In this document: piece after piece, positions 40,702-50,283 of the stretch | Position numbering within the stretch: the stretch's first letter is position 1 | How the letters are laid out: every line of letters starts with the position of its first letter | Origin: an uncultured delta proteobacterium | GTDB lineage: Bacteria > Myxococcota_A > Polyangia > Fen-1088 | Length of the DNA stretch: 64,000 bases | NCBI GenBank assembly: GCA_963796685.1 | Contig: CAWCMR010000025.1 | Coordinates: 1 to 64,000, forward strand | Direction: 5' to 3' | Position numbers and translations under genes: made by a program | Notes under the pieces: model-generated | What the model was told of the DNA's origin: nothing | The model's database searches: none | What the model saw: the letters and a program-made list of their open reading frames with translations, nothing else

Positions 40702-40820
40702 CCCGCGAGACCGCCCCCTGCGCCGCGTTTCGGGTGGGCGAGCTGCCCGAGGGGAAGCCGGGCTAGTCCATCAGCGGTCTTGTGCACACGAGCACTCTCT
40801 CTGCTATCCCATTGCAGGTG

Positions 40821-42938
40821 ATGACCAACCAATTGTTCCTGCGCAAAGATCTCCTGTGGCTGCTCTTCGCGGTTTGGGGGTGTCGGGCGACCCCAGCCGT
40901 GGGTCCGTCGCCGCCCCTGCTCCCGGTGCCCTCTTCGCCCGCGCCCATCGCCGCGCCGGCCGTGGATCCGGTCGCGCTCGGATTCGATCCGACCGCGCTC
41001 GACCGCTCGGTCGCGCCCTGCCAGGACTTCTATCAATACGCGTGCGGCTCCTGGCTCGCGCGCACCCCGATCCCGCCCGATCGGCCGGCGTGGACTCGAT
41101 CCTTTTCCGTGATCCACGAGCGCAACCAGAACATCCTGCACGGCATTCTCGATGCCTACGCCGTCGGACAGGTCAACCCGGGCGAGCCCGACGCCCGCCG
41201 GGTGGGCGATTTCTACGCCTCCTGCATGGACGAGCCGGCGGTGGCCGAGGCAGGACGGAGGGCCCTGTCCGACTGGCAGGCACGCATCGCAGCGGTCTCC
41301 AATCTCGAGCAATTGGCCACACTGGTGCGCTGGATGCAGGATCGCGGCTTCGGCGCGTTCTTCACCTTCGGCCCGGATCAGGACTTTCGCGACGCCACGC
41401 AGATGATCGGAGAGGCCGATCAGGGCGGGCTGGGCCTGCCCGATCGCGAATACTATCTGAGGCAGGACGCGGAATCGCGCAAGCTGCGCGAGGCCTACCG
41501 TGCCCACATCGTGCGCATGCTCGTGCTTGCCGGCGAGACCGCGCCCGCCGCCACCGCGGATGCCGACGTCGTGCTCGAGCTCGAAACCCGGCTCGCGCAA
41601 GCCTCCATGTCGCTCGTCGACCGGAGGGATCCGGAAAACGTGTACCACCGCATCGACCGTGCCGGCCTCGAGGCGGCCGCGCCGCGCTTCCCGTGGCGGC
41701 GTTACTTCGTCGGGGATCTGGCCGAGGTCCGCGCGATCAACGTGACGGTTCCCGGCTTCTTCGCCGGTCTCAATCGCCTGCTCGAGAGCACGCCGATCGA
41801 GAAGCTTCGCGCCTACTTGCGCTGGCACGCGGTTTCCGATCACGCCATGGCCCTGGGACCGCGCTTCGTCGATGAGAGCTTCGCGTTCTCCAGCCAGAAC
41901 CTGACCGGCTCCAAGGTCCTGTTGCCGCGCTGGAAGCGTTGCGCGGACGCCACCGACGTGGCCCTCGGCGAGGCGCTGGCCCAGCCCTTCGTGAAGAAGG
42001 TGTTCTCCACCGATGCCAAGCAGCGCGCCCTGTCCATGGTGCACGACATCGAGGCCGCCTTCGCGCGGGATCTCGAGCAAGTCACCTGGATGGACGCGCC
42101 CACGCGGGCCGCAGCCTTGGACAAGCTGCAAGCGGTGTTCGACAAGATCGGCTATCCCGAAAAATGGCGACGCTACGATCGCGTCCACATCGACCGGCAC
42201 GACTACATCGAAAACGTCCTGGCCGCGGATGCGTTCGAGAGCGAGCGCCAGGATGCGAAGATCGGCAAGCCGGTCGACCGCCAAGAATGGGCCATGACGC
42301 CCATGACGGTGAACGCCTACTACAATGCTCAGCTCAATGAAATGGTCTTCCCGGCCGGCATTCTGCAAACGCCGTTCTTCGCCCTGAACGCGCCCAACGC
42401 GGCCAATTACGGCGCCATCGGCATGGTGATGGGGCACGAGCTGACCCACGGGTTCGACGATGAAGGGCGCAAGTTCGACAAGAACGGCAATCTGCGAACG
42501 TGGTGGACCCCGCAGGTGGAACACGCCTTCGAGGAAAAGACCGCCTGCGTGGTCAAGCAATACTCCGGCTATCACGCGTACGACGACGTCCCGATCAACG
42601 GCAAGCTCACGCTCGGCGAGAACATCGCGGACCTCGGCGGGGTCAAGCTTTCCCTGCAGGCACTGCTCCATCGAGCGCAAGCGCCTGTGCCGAATCAGGC
42701 CGGATCGGCCATGACGGGCGCCCCCACGGAAGAGCAGCGCTTCTTCCTCGCGCTTGCGCAATCCTGGTGCACCAATCGGCGGCCCGAGCTCGAGCGCAGC
42801 CTGGCCACGATCGATCCCCATTCCCCGCCGCGCTTCCGGGTCAACGGCGCGCTCAGCGACCTGCCTGCCTTCGCCTCGGCCTTCGCCTGTCCCGCCGGTT
42901 CGGCGATGGCGCCGCGCAATCGTTGCAGCGTTTGGTAG
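40821..42938 (+). CDS. M13 family zinc metallopeptidase (PepO/neprilysin-like)
   Basis: PCQDFYQYACGSW, VNAYY, FPAGILQ, GHELTHGFD, GENIAD, DPHSP. Confidence 0.95.
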   Translation: MTNQLFLRKDLLWLLFAVWGCRATPAVGPSPPLLPVPSSPAPIAAPAVDPVALGFDPTALDRSVAPCQDFYQYACGSWLARTPIPPDRPAWTRSFSVIHERNQNILHGILDAYAVGQVNPGEPDARRVGDFYASCMDEPAVAEAGRRALSDWQARIAAVSNLEQLATLVRWMQDRGFGAFFTFGPDQDFRDATQMIGEADQGGLGLPDREYYLRQDAESRKLREAYRAHIVRMLVLAGETAPAATADADVVLELETRLAQASMSLVDRRDPENVYHRIDRAGLEAAAPRFPWRRYFVGDLAEVRAINVTVPGFFAGLNRLLESTPIEKLRAYLRWHAVSDHAMALGPRFVDESFAFSSQNLTGSKVLLPRWKRCADATDVALGEALAQPFVKKVFSTDAKQRALSMVHDIEAAFARDLEQVTWMDAPTRAAALDKLQAVFDKIGYPEKWRRYDRVHIDRHDYIENVLAADAFESERQDAKIGKPVDRQEWAMTPMTVNAYYNAQLNEMVFPAGILQTPFFALNAPNAANYGAIGMVMGHELTHGFDDEGRKFDKNGNLRTWWTPQVEHAFEEKTACVVKQYSGYHAYDDVPINGKLTLGENIADLGGVKLSLQALLHRAQAPVPNQAGSAMTGAPTEEQRFFLALAQSWCTNRRPELERSLATIDPHSPPRFRVNGALSDLPAFASAFACPAGSAMAPRNRCSVW

Positions 42939-43019
42939 CGCGCTCGGGAGCGTGGATGCCAAGCAGAAGAACCGAGGTTCGATGCAGGTGATCGCGGTCC
43001 GTCGCTCGCGGTGTGCGCC

Positions 43020-43748
43020 ATGAGGGTTCCGTGGCTCGCCATCGCCCTGGCCGTACTGGTCGACGGGTGCGCAGGTTTGACGGGTGCGCTCTTGCCCGAA
43101 GCGTGGCTGGCCAGCCGGCGCCAGGCCCTGGTCGGGTTCGCGACCGGCGTCATCCTCGGCGTGGCTTTCCTGGACATCCTGCCCGAGGCGCTGGTCCAAG
43201 GCAGCACGAAGACGATCCTGGGCATCGCCCTCGCCAGCTTCAGCGCCACCGCGGCCTTGGAGTGGTGGCTCGGGCATCGACGCAGCCGGCACGATGCGCA
43301 CACGATCTTGCCGGCCATGCTCCTCGGCTCCGACGGTCTTCACAACGCCGGGGACGGTGCTGCCATCGCGGCGGCGTTCATCGCCTCGCCCCGCCTCGGC
43401 GTGGCAACCGCACTCGCGGTGATCGTGCACGAAGTCCCGCAAGAGGTCGGCGACTACGCCATCTTGAGAAGCTCGGGCATGAGCCGCGGGCGAGCCGCCG
43501 CCGCGTTGGCGCTGGTGCAGCTGACCGCGGGCCTGGGCGCCCTGGCGGCGATCCTGGCGGCCAGCGTCTGGGCCTCCGCCATCCGTGGCGTGCTGGCCAT
43601 CGCCGCGGGCACCTTCCTTTACATCGGCGGTTCCGACCTGCTCCCCGAGCTGCTGCACGAATCCCACGACGGACGGGCGGGCAGGCAGGCGATATCGGGG
43701 TTCTTGGCCGGGCTTGCCGTGGCGGTCGCGAGCACGTTGCTCGGCTGA
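43020..43748 (+). CDS. ZIP family metal transporter
   Basis: FLDILPEA, DGLHNAGDG, HEVPQEVGD, AGTFLYI..DLLPE. Confidence 0.92.
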   Translation: MRVPWLAIALAVLVDGCAGLTGALLPEAWLASRRQALVGFATGVILGVAFLDILPEALVQGSTKTILGIALASFSATAALEWWLGHRRSRHDAHTILPAMLLGSDGLHNAGDGAAIAAAFIASPRLGVATALAVIVHEVPQEVGDYAILRSSGMSRGRAAAALALVQLTAGLGALAAILAASVWASAIRGVLAIAAGTFLYIGGSDLLPELLHESHDGRAGRQAISGFLAGLAVAVASTLLG

Positions 43749-43764
43749 GCGCGTCGCTCACGCT

Positions 43765-44193
43765 TCACTGACGACGGCCAATCTCGGCGCGCAAACGTTC
43801 CTCTCGGGCGCGCAGCTCGGGCGTGAATTCCTTGCCGAAGTCCTCGGCCTCGAAAATGGGCCTGACCTCCAGCTCGGACTCTTCCCCTGGCATGGGATCC
43901 GGGCAACGCCTGATCCAGTCGAGCGCCTCATCCATCGACTTCACCTGCCAGATCCAGAACCCCGCCACGACCTCCTTGGTCTCGGCAAAGGGCCCGTCGA
44001 TGACCATCCTCTCGCCGCCGGAGAAACGCACGCGCTTGCCCTTGCTGCTCGGGTGCAACCCTTCGCCGGCCAGCATGACACCGGCCTTCACCAACTCCTC
44101 GTTGAAGCGCCCCATCTCGGCGAGCAACTTCTGGTCGGGCATCGCGCCCGACTCGGACTTCCTCGTCGCTTTGACCATGACCATGACTTTCAT
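43765..44193 (-). CDS. YciI/DGPF family protein
   Basis: GEGLHPS, IDGPFAETKEVVAGFW. Confidence 0.92.
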   Translation of the reverse strand: MKVMVMVKATRKSESGAMPDQKLLAEMGRFNEELVKAGVMLAGEGLHPSSKGKRVRFSGGERMVIDGPFAETKEVVAGFWIWQVKSMDEALDWIRRCPDPMPGEESELEVRPIFEAEDFGKEFTPELRAREERLRAEIGRRQ

Positions 44194-44228
44194 TGCTCTG
44201 TTCCTTTCCGTGTGTTCTTCCTCGATCG

Positions 44229-44600
44229 CTACGGCCCCTGGCCGGGCTCGAACATCGGTCGCACTTCAGACTCGCCCTCGAAGCTGGGCCAGTGCTTGCG
44301 GTGAAGCTCCATGAACTCGGTCGCGATCCGAACGGCCTCGGCCTTCGAATCGGTCTTCAGGATGGCCCAGCCGCCGATGACCTCTTTGCTTTCGGTAAAC
44401 GGGCCATCGGTGACGGTGAGCTGCCCCTTGGCAAGCCGGATGCGAAGCCCGTCCTTGCTCGGCAGCAAGCCACCGGTATCGACCAACACGCCATCTTTCA
44501 TCGACGTCTCGACGAATTTGCCCATCGCCTCCATCAGCGCGGCGGGCGGCTGAGCTTCGCGGTATTTCTCCGAATGGCGAATGAAACACAGGTACTTCAT
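44229..44600 (-). CDS. YciI/DGPF family protein
   Basis: GGAGG RBS; TDGPFTESKEVIGGW. Confidence 0.92.
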   Translation of the reverse strand: MKYLCFIRHSEKYREAQPPAALMEAMGKFVETSMKDGVLVDTGGLLPSKDGLRIRLAKGQLTVTDGPFTESKEVIGGWAILKTDSKAEAVRIATEFMELHRKHWPSFEGESEVRPMFEPGQGP

Positions 44601-44630
44601 GGGATCCTCCTTGTTGGGTTGTGCTCGAAG

Positions 44631-44657
44631 GACGAACGAGCCGGTGTGAAGCCGACA
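44631..44657 (-). promoter_or_regulatory. Putative ECF promoter TGTCGG-N17-CGTC upstream of the two yciI genes
   Basis: Same motif and spacing occur three times in this cluster. Confidence 0.7.
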
Positions 44658-44688
44658 CGCGTGCCGATCTTTTTTCACCCGGCCGCGG

Positions 44689-45948
44689 TCAACCCGCGGC
44701 GGTCGGCGTCGCCTGCGGCCTGCTCATCAAGCGATCGAGGTGCATGCGAATGTGCGCGGCCTCGGCCGGGGTGTGCGCAAGCGAAATGGCGCGGTCGAAC
44801 GCGACGCGCGCCTCCTCGTGGCGACCGAGCTGCATGAGCAGGGCGCCCTTGACGCCGAAGAAATAGAAATAATTGCCGAGCTTGGGCGCGAGGGGCTCGA
44901 CCATGGCCAGCGCTGGCGCCGGGCCCTCGGCCTTGGACAGGGCAACGGCACGGTTCAGACTGACCACGGGCGATGGCTGCACTTGCTCGAGAGCGGCGTA
45001 GAGAAGAGCGATCTGGCGCCAATCGGTGTCTTCGGCGCGCTCGGCTCTGGCGTGCAAGGCCGAGATGGCCGCCTGAATCTGGTACGGCCCGCGGGTCTGG
45101 TGGCGAATCGCCTTGTCGAGCAGCGCCAGCCCCTCCTCGATGAGGCCGCGGTTCCACAGCCGGCGGTCCTGGTCTTCCAAGAGGACGATGGCACCCTGCC
45201 CGTCCGTCCTCGCCTTGGCGCGCGCATGCTGGAGCAGCATCAGCGCGAGCAGGCCCATGAGCTCGGGCTCCGCGGGAAAGAGGCGCAGGAGCAACCGCGC
45301 GAGCCGGATGGCCTCTTCGCACAGGGAGGCGCGAATGAGCGCGTCCCCGCCGGTGGCCGAGTAGCCCTCGTTGAACATCAGATAGAGCACGGCCGCGACC
45401 CCGGCCAGGCGCTGCGCGCGCTCGTGCTCATCCGGGGTCTCGAAGGGAACATGGGCATCGGCGACGCGGGTCTTGGCGCGCGTGATCCGCTGTTCCATGG
45501 CCGCCTCGCTGACCAGAAAGGCGTTCGCGATCTCCTTGACCGTGAGGCCCGAGACGATGCGCAAGGCCAGGGCAATCTGCTGTGTGGCCGGCAGCTCGGG
45601 ATGGCAACAGATGAAGAGCAGGCGCAGGATGTCGTCGCGGTAGTGCGCATCGTCGAGGGACTGGGCCAGCTCGCCTTCAGTATCCTCCAGGTTCGCGAGC
45701 GCGTCCTCGGGCGGCAGGGGGCGTTGCTTGCTCTGCCGCCTGACCGTGTCGAGGGCGGCGTTGCGCCCGACGAAGATCAGCCAGGCGGCCGGATCGTGGG
45801 GCGGGCTTCGGCCCGGCCAATTCTTGAGCGCGGCCAGGCACGCCTCTTGGAACGCCTCCTCCGCCAGGTCGAGGTCGCGGAAGTAGCGCGTGAGCGCGCC
45901 CATCACCCGTGGCCGCGCCGAGCGCAAGGCGAGATCGATCCAGTCCAT
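44689..45948 (-). CDS. ECF sigma factor with C-terminal TPR-like extension (DGPF-associated type)
   Basis: DLDLAEEAFQEA, LRLLFICCHPEL, GLTVKEIANAF, FNEGY, GPYQIQAAI, SPVVSLNRAVA. Confidence 0.92.
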   Translation of the reverse strand: MDWIDLALRSARPRVMGALTRYFRDLDLAEEAFQEACLAALKNWPGRSPPHDPAAWLIFVGRNAALDTVRRQSKQRPLPPEDALANLEDTEGELAQSLDDAHYRDDILRLLFICCHPELPATQQIALALRIVSGLTVKEIANAFLVSEAAMEQRITRAKTRVADAHVPFETPDEHERAQRLAGVAAVLYLMFNEGYSATGGDALIRASLCEEAIRLARLLLRLFPAEPELMGLLALMLLQHARAKARTDGQGAIVLLEDQDRRLWNRGLIEEGLALLDKAIRHQTRGPYQIQAAISALHARAERAEDTDWRQIALLYAALEQVQPSPVVSLNRAVALSKAEGPAPALAMVEPLAPKLGNYFYFFGVKGALLMQLGRHEEARVAFDRAISLAHTPAEAAHIRMHLDRLMSRPQATPTAAG

Positions 45949-45953
45949 GGCAT

Positions 45954-46352
45954 TCACTTGACTCCAGCGCCCGGCAAGAAGAGTGAAATCGGACGCACCT
46001 CGTACGCACCGCCGGGGTTGGCGTGACCGAGCTCGCGCGTGATGTCCAGGGCCTCTTCGAGGCCCGTGCATTGGATGACGTAGAAGCCGAGAAGTTGCTC
46101 CTTGGCCTCGGCAAAGGGGCCGTCGGTCACCACGGGAGGCTCGGGACCGGGCTCGAGGCGCTTGCCGTACCCACCTTTTCGCAGCGTGGTGGCCGCGGTG
46201 GTGGGCATCAGGCGCGCAACCGGTCCCAGCTTGCCGGCCTTGGCCAGCTTGTCGTTCACCGCCGCCAGGCGGGCCATGACCATGTCGTCCTCCTCCTTGC
46301 TCCAGGCCCCGGTGATGTCTTCATCGTTGTAACAAAGAATGGCGTACAGCAT
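45954..46352 (-). CDS. YciI/DGPF family protein
   Basis: TDGPFAEAKEQLLGFY; GGAG RBS. Confidence 0.9.
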   Translation of the reverse strand: MLYAILCYNDEDITGAWSKEEDDMVMARLAAVNDKLAKAGKLGPVARLMPTTAATTLRKGGYGKRLEPGPEPPVVTDGPFAEAKEQLLGFYVIQCTGLEEALDITRELGHANPGGAYEVRPISLFLPGAGVK

Positions 46353-46375
46353 CGCTTCTCCCCCTGCTTTCATAC

Positions 46376-46402
46376 GACGATCAAGGATGACCGGCGCCGA
46401 CA
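46376..46402 (-). promoter_or_regulatory. Putative ECF promoter TGTCGG-N17-CGTC (yciI-sigma operon)
   Basis: Exact motif, correctly oriented upstream of the ATG at 46352. Confidence 0.7.
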
Positions 46403-46431
46403 CCCGAGCCGGGAAAAAAGTTGCATCGGGA

Positions 46432-46458
46432 TGTCGGACCGGCCTGCGCTCATTCGTC
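46432..46458 (+). promoter_or_regulatory. Putative ECF promoter TGTCGG-N17-CGTC (doxX)
   Basis: Exact motif, followed by AAGGAG and the ATG at 46482. Confidence 0.7.
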
Positions 46459-46481
46459 GTGTCGGCGAAAGGAGAATCGCC

Positions 46482-46970
46482 ATGAGCACGACATCGAGCA
46501 CGACATTGAACCTGACCAGCCACGTTATCAGCCAAGCAGCGAGGCCTGCCTACCCGCACACGCTCCCAGTCAGCAAAAAGAGAATCTGGATCGGACGCAT
46601 CGCCAGCGGCCTGGCCGTGGCGTTCCTGCTGTTCGACAGCTTGACCAAGGTGCTGCAGGTGCCTTGGGTCGTGAAAGCCAGCACCCAGATGGGCTTTCCC
46701 GTCGGCGCCATCCTACCCATCGGGTTGGTGCTGCTCGCTTGCACGATCGTCTATTGCATCCCGCGCACCGCGATCCTGGGTGCGGTGCTGCTCACCGGCT
46801 ATCTGGGTGGGGCCGTGGAGGTCAACGTGCAAGCTGGGCTCCCCCTCGCGAGCCATACCCTGTTCCCCATCTACTTCGCCGTCTTCGTCTGGGGCGGTCT
46901 CGCGCTGCGGGATCGCCGGGTGTGGAGCATCTTTGCCCGCCCTGCCACCGGCCCCACGTCCGCGGAATAG
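46482..46970 (+). CDS. DoxX-like membrane protein
   Basis: IPRTAILGAVLLTGYLGGA, WGGLALRD; four TMs. Confidence 0.88.
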   Translation: MSTTSSTTLNLTSHVISQAARPAYPHTLPVSKKRIWIGRIASGLAVAFLLFDSLTKVLQVPWVVKASTQMGFPVGAILPIGLVLLACTIVYCIPRTAILGAVLLTGYLGGAVEVNVQAGLPLASHTLFPIYFAVFVWGGLALRDRRVWSIFARPATGPTSAE

Positions 46971-47003
46971 CTCGTCGGTGCGCGCCGTAGCGCAGCTTCG
47001 CGC

Positions 47004-47396
47004 TTACTGCACCAACACCCCGCCGACCTTGCCGTCCTTCACCCACAGCCGGACAAGCACTTCGTCCTGAGCCCCGACAGCGTCGACTTTCCACACATAC
47101 ACCGCCATGCCCCGCTGTTTCAGTTGGCCGAAGTAGGTCAGGGTGTAGCCCTGCTTGAGCGGCTTGGTGTAAAGGCCGCACAAACCTTCGAATTGCTGGC
47201 GGCTGAGCTGCTTCTTCATGTTGGCGTCGGCGTCGGCCAGGAAGGCGTCGTAGGACTCGGCCTTCACCGCCTCGATCAACTTCAGGAGGAGCTTCTCCGC
47301 CTCGGCAGGTGCGGCCCCCGCGGCGCGCGCGGCGTGCGGGACGGAGAGGAAAAGGGCGAGCGAGGCAACCAGGGACAGGAAGGTGCGTTTGTTCAT
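47004..47396 (-). CDS. Small secreted protein (NTF2/DUF3887-like), paralog of the neighbouring ECF C-terminal domain
   Basis: Signal peptide MNKRTFLSLVASLALF..AARA; ATGA overlap with the ECF stop. Confidence 0.78.
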   Translation of the reverse strand: MNKRTFLSLVASLALFLSVPHAARAAGAAPAEAEKLLLKLIEAVKAESYDAFLADADANMKKQLSRQQFEGLCGLYTKPLKQGYTLTYFGQLKQRGMAVYVWKVDAVGAQDEVLVRLWVKDGKVGGVLVQ

Positions 47397-48550
47397 GGTG
47401 ATGTCTCCACGGGCATGGGAAAGGGTTCGTTGATGAGGAAGCCGGCCACTTGCCACCCGTTCATGGGCAGGGTGACAAGGGCGTCGTCTCCGTCGTCGGA
47501 GAATTCGATGCCGAAGATCCAGTCGATGTGTTGCGACCGGCGCACGGATCCCAGCGTGGTCACGCGGTGGCCCTGCGACAGACGCCTGCCGAGCTTCGAG
47601 CTCAGCTGCGCGAACCTGGCCGTGGCCACCGCGGCCCGGAAAGATGCCGAACCCTTGGCCACGAACGCGTCGTAGTCGTTGCCTTGGATCGCGAGCAGCA
47701 ACTCCTCGGCCAGCGATTCGGCGTCCGCGCTTCCAGGACCGGGCGGAAGCGCGGCGAGCGCGTCGGTTTGCGGGGCGACCGTGCGCGCGAGGTTCAACCG
47801 CACCGTGGGCGCGCTTCGCAGCACCGGAGTGTTTTCGACCGCGGGCGGCGACCGGTCTTCCCTCGCCACTTCGACCTTGTGCCTGCGCAGGACGATGGCG
47901 AGGACGACGACGGACAACAACCCCATCGCGGCGACGGCCAGGTACACGAGTGCGGGGAAGCCGCGGGCGTCACGCAGCGGACGCGCGGCCGGTGCATCGG
48001 CCTTGGGCAACAGCGGCACCAGGGCCGTCACCCACGCCGCGCGGTTGTCGGCATGGCGGCGGTCGAGGTCGCGACGCACGCGAGCGAGCCCTTCCTTCAC
48101 CCGCCAACGGATGGTGCCCTCGGGCTCGCGCAGCTTACGCGCGATCTCCGCCGACGACAGGCCTTGGTAGAAGCGCAACACCAGGGTTTGGCGAAACGGC
48201 TCGGCCAGGTTCGCCACCGACTCGGCCACGTGCCGATGAATCTGCGCGTCGCCGACCAATTCCTCGGGCGTAGCCACGCGGCCGGCATCGCATTGCCACG
48301 CGGCTTCCTCGCGCCGCGCGCGCCGGGCATCGCCGCGGAAGCGATCCACGGCCAGGTTGCGCGCCACCGTCGCAAGCCACGCCCGTCCGCCTCCGGCGGC
48401 AGGTTGGCGCAACGCCGTCGCAAACGTGTCCTGCGCCAGATCCTCGCCATCGTCCGTGTCGTGAAGCAGCGCCCGCGCGAACCGTCGCAACCACCCCGCT
48501 TGCGCGAGGAGCGCTTCCATCTCCGCCGTGTGCTCCGCATTCATGCCCAT
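47393..48550 (-). CDS. Membrane-anchored ECF sigma factor (sigma, TM, extracytoplasmic domain)
   Basis: Region 2 WLRRFARAL..EDLAQDT..WLATVARN; region 4 GLSSAEIARKLREPEGTIRWR; TM LVYLAVAAMGLLSVVVLAIVL. Confidence 0.85.
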   Translation of the reverse strand: MGMNAEHTAEMEALLAQAGWLRRFARALLHDTDDGEDLAQDTFATALRQPAAGGGRAWLATVARNLAVDRFRGDARRARREEAAWQCDAGRVATPEELVGDAQIHRHVAESVANLAEPFRQTLVLRFYQGLSSAEIARKLREPEGTIRWRVKEGLARVRRDLDRRHADNRAAWVTALVPLLPKADAPAARPLRDARGFPALVYLAVAAMGLLSVVVLAIVLRRHKVEVAREDRSPPAVENTPVLRSAPTVRLNLARTVAPQTDALAALPPGPGSADAESLAEELLLAIQGNDYDAFVAKGSASFRAAVATARFAQLSSKLGRRLSQGHRVTTLGSVRRSQHIDWIFGIEFSDDGDDALVTLPMNGWQVAGFLINEPFPMPVETSP

Positions 48551-48553
48551 AGA

Positions 48554-48579
48554 AACGTCGCCGCCGGGAAAGACGTTGG
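48554..48579 (-). promoter_or_regulatory. Putative autoregulatory ECF promoter CCAAC-N17-CGTT
   Basis: AAC/CGT-type ECF motif a few bases before the start codon, which implies a leaderless transcript. Confidence 0.45.
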
Positions 48580-48715
48580 CAGAATCTTATCGCGCCAGCC
48601 ACCCCGACAGCCTGAATTCGCGGAGCTCTTCAAGACTCGCCACCCGCAAAGCCCCCGCTGCTGCGGCAATGCTATTCTTCGCAGGCTGATGGGTAGCTGA
48701 GCAGGCAGATCTCGC

Positions 48716-49351
48716 ATGATGGACACGAAACTTCAATTTCTCTTCGCGCCTGGCGCGGGTGCCCCGTCTTCGTCGCCTTGGATGAGGAAGGTCAGCAAAC
48801 GACTGGCGGTTCTCGGACGCGTCCGGTGCTTCGACTATCCCTATCAACTGGCAGGCAGACGTTCGCCCGACCGCTTGCCCGTGCTCGTCGCGGCCCACCG
48901 CGCCGCCTTCGACGCGCTCGACCCGGGCGGGCCTGTGGTGCTCATCGGCAAGAGCATGGGCGGTCGCATCGGTTGTCACCTGGCAAACCTTCCCGCACCC
49001 AGGAAGGCGCTCGCGCTCGTCTGCCTGGGTTACCCACTCGTCGGCCAGAACGGCTCGCTTCGCGATGAAGTCCTGCTCGCGCTGCGGACACCCATCTTGT
49101 TCGTGCAGGGCTCGCGCGATCCGCTTTGTCCGCTCGACCGCCTGGCCGAAGTCCGCGCGCGCATGAGCGCGGTCAACGAGCTTCATGTGGTCGAGGGCGC
49201 GAACCATTCCCTAGAGCTTACGAAAACCATGCTCAAGGCGCGCGGGCTCGCGCAAGACATCGTTGATGACGCCATCGTCCGTCGCATCGCGAGCTTCCTG
49301 GCGGACAAAGCATGCCGCAACGGCGCCGAAACCTCTCCGCGACTGACGTGA
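48716..49351 (+). CDS. Alpha/beta hydrolase
   Basis: APGAGA, GKSMGGR, CLGYPL, QGSRD, GANH catalytic triad motifs. Confidence 0.88.
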   Translation: MMDTKLQFLFAPGAGAPSSSPWMRKVSKRLAVLGRVRCFDYPYQLAGRRSPDRLPVLVAAHRAAFDALDPGGPVVLIGKSMGGRIGCHLANLPAPRKALALVCLGYPLVGQNGSLRDEVLLALRTPILFVQGSRDPLCPLDRLAEVRARMSAVNELHVVEGANHSLELTKTMLKARGLAQDIVDDAIVRRIASFLADKACRNGAETSPRLT

Positions 49352-49560
49352 GCTACGCATCATGATTCGAGCATGACCGGTTTTGCTCCCCCGGATCAAG
49401 TAGGCGACCTATTTTCTTCACGAAGATCGAGGACGCACCGCCGGCCGGCCGACCATCTAAAACCGGACCCATCCCCTCTCCTTTTTTCATTGCCGCGTCC
49501 GAGGTGCGCACCTATCCTTCGCCAAAGCCTTGGGGGTTGCAAATGGGGGTGCGAACCCGA

Positions 49561-50283
49561 ATGGACGCCGACTTGCGGAAACGAAGAGTGGAGAGCCGAA
49601 CCAACAACAGCTCCACGAACGCCTTCGGACTGTTTGCCATCGTGGCCGTTTCGACGGCCTTGCTATCGAGTTGCAATGCGCACATCACGAGTTTCGATGT
49701 GACACCCAGGCACATTTGCCCAGGGGATCTGGTTATGATTGACTGGGAGGTCACCGGCTCACCCACGCTGACCGTGACACCCAAGCTTGTAGGAGCGCCG
49801 GACGGTCCGGTGGCCACCAGCGGTCGCGTGACGATCAAGCCCACCGCGAATACGCGCGTGTCCCTCAGAGTGACTCGCTTGGGAGGCGAGCCTGCCGGCG
49901 CCGATGTGGATGTCGATGTCCCGGCTCCCGTGGAAATCGCGGCAGACCTCAACGACTCGGCCCTGTGCAAAGACGGGGTCTTGACCCTCGTGGCCCACGT
50001 GAAGGGGTTCTCGCCCGAGGTCATGGCCAAGAGAATGGGCGGCGCCAAGCGACCACTCGACATCAGTCGCCTGGACAGTGCCGGCAAGAGCGTGACTGAC
50101 AGCGAGGGTAAACCGATCGTGGCGCACCTCGAGCGAGGAGAGATTTCCCGAGCCTTCGCCGCCTTTCCGGTAGCGGGTGACTGGCGAGTCTCATCGCCGC
50201 TGAGCCCGGGCGAGTCGTGCGGCAATCCGCCGCACACCCTGACCCTGTTCGTTTTCACCGAGTGCGAGGAGCCAACACCATGA
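49561..50283 (+). CDS. Hypothetical lipoprotein with Ig-like region
   Basis: Lipobox LSSC; ITSFDVTP..ICPGD..IDWEV; ATGA overlap with the next gene; start uncertain. Confidence 0.65.
   Translation: MDADLRKRRVESRTNNSSTNAFGLFAIVAVSTALLSSCNAHITSFDVTPRHICPGDLVMIDWEVTGSPTLTVTPKLVGAPDGPVATSGRVTIKPTANTRVSLRVTRLGGEPAGADVDVDVPAPVEIAADLNDSALCKDGVLTLVAHVKGFSPEVMAKRMGGAKRPLDISRLDSAGKSVTDSEGKPIVAHLERGEISRAFAAFPVAGDWRVSSPLSPGESCGNPPHTLTLFVFTECEEPTP

Noticed and set aside
40614-43667. 1017-aa antisense ORF, and similar long shadow ORFs (189-1718, 53565-55199, 57016-59160, 59600-61222)
   Set aside because: They lie opposite well-supported genes and have no motifs; long stop-free antisense frames are expected at high GC.
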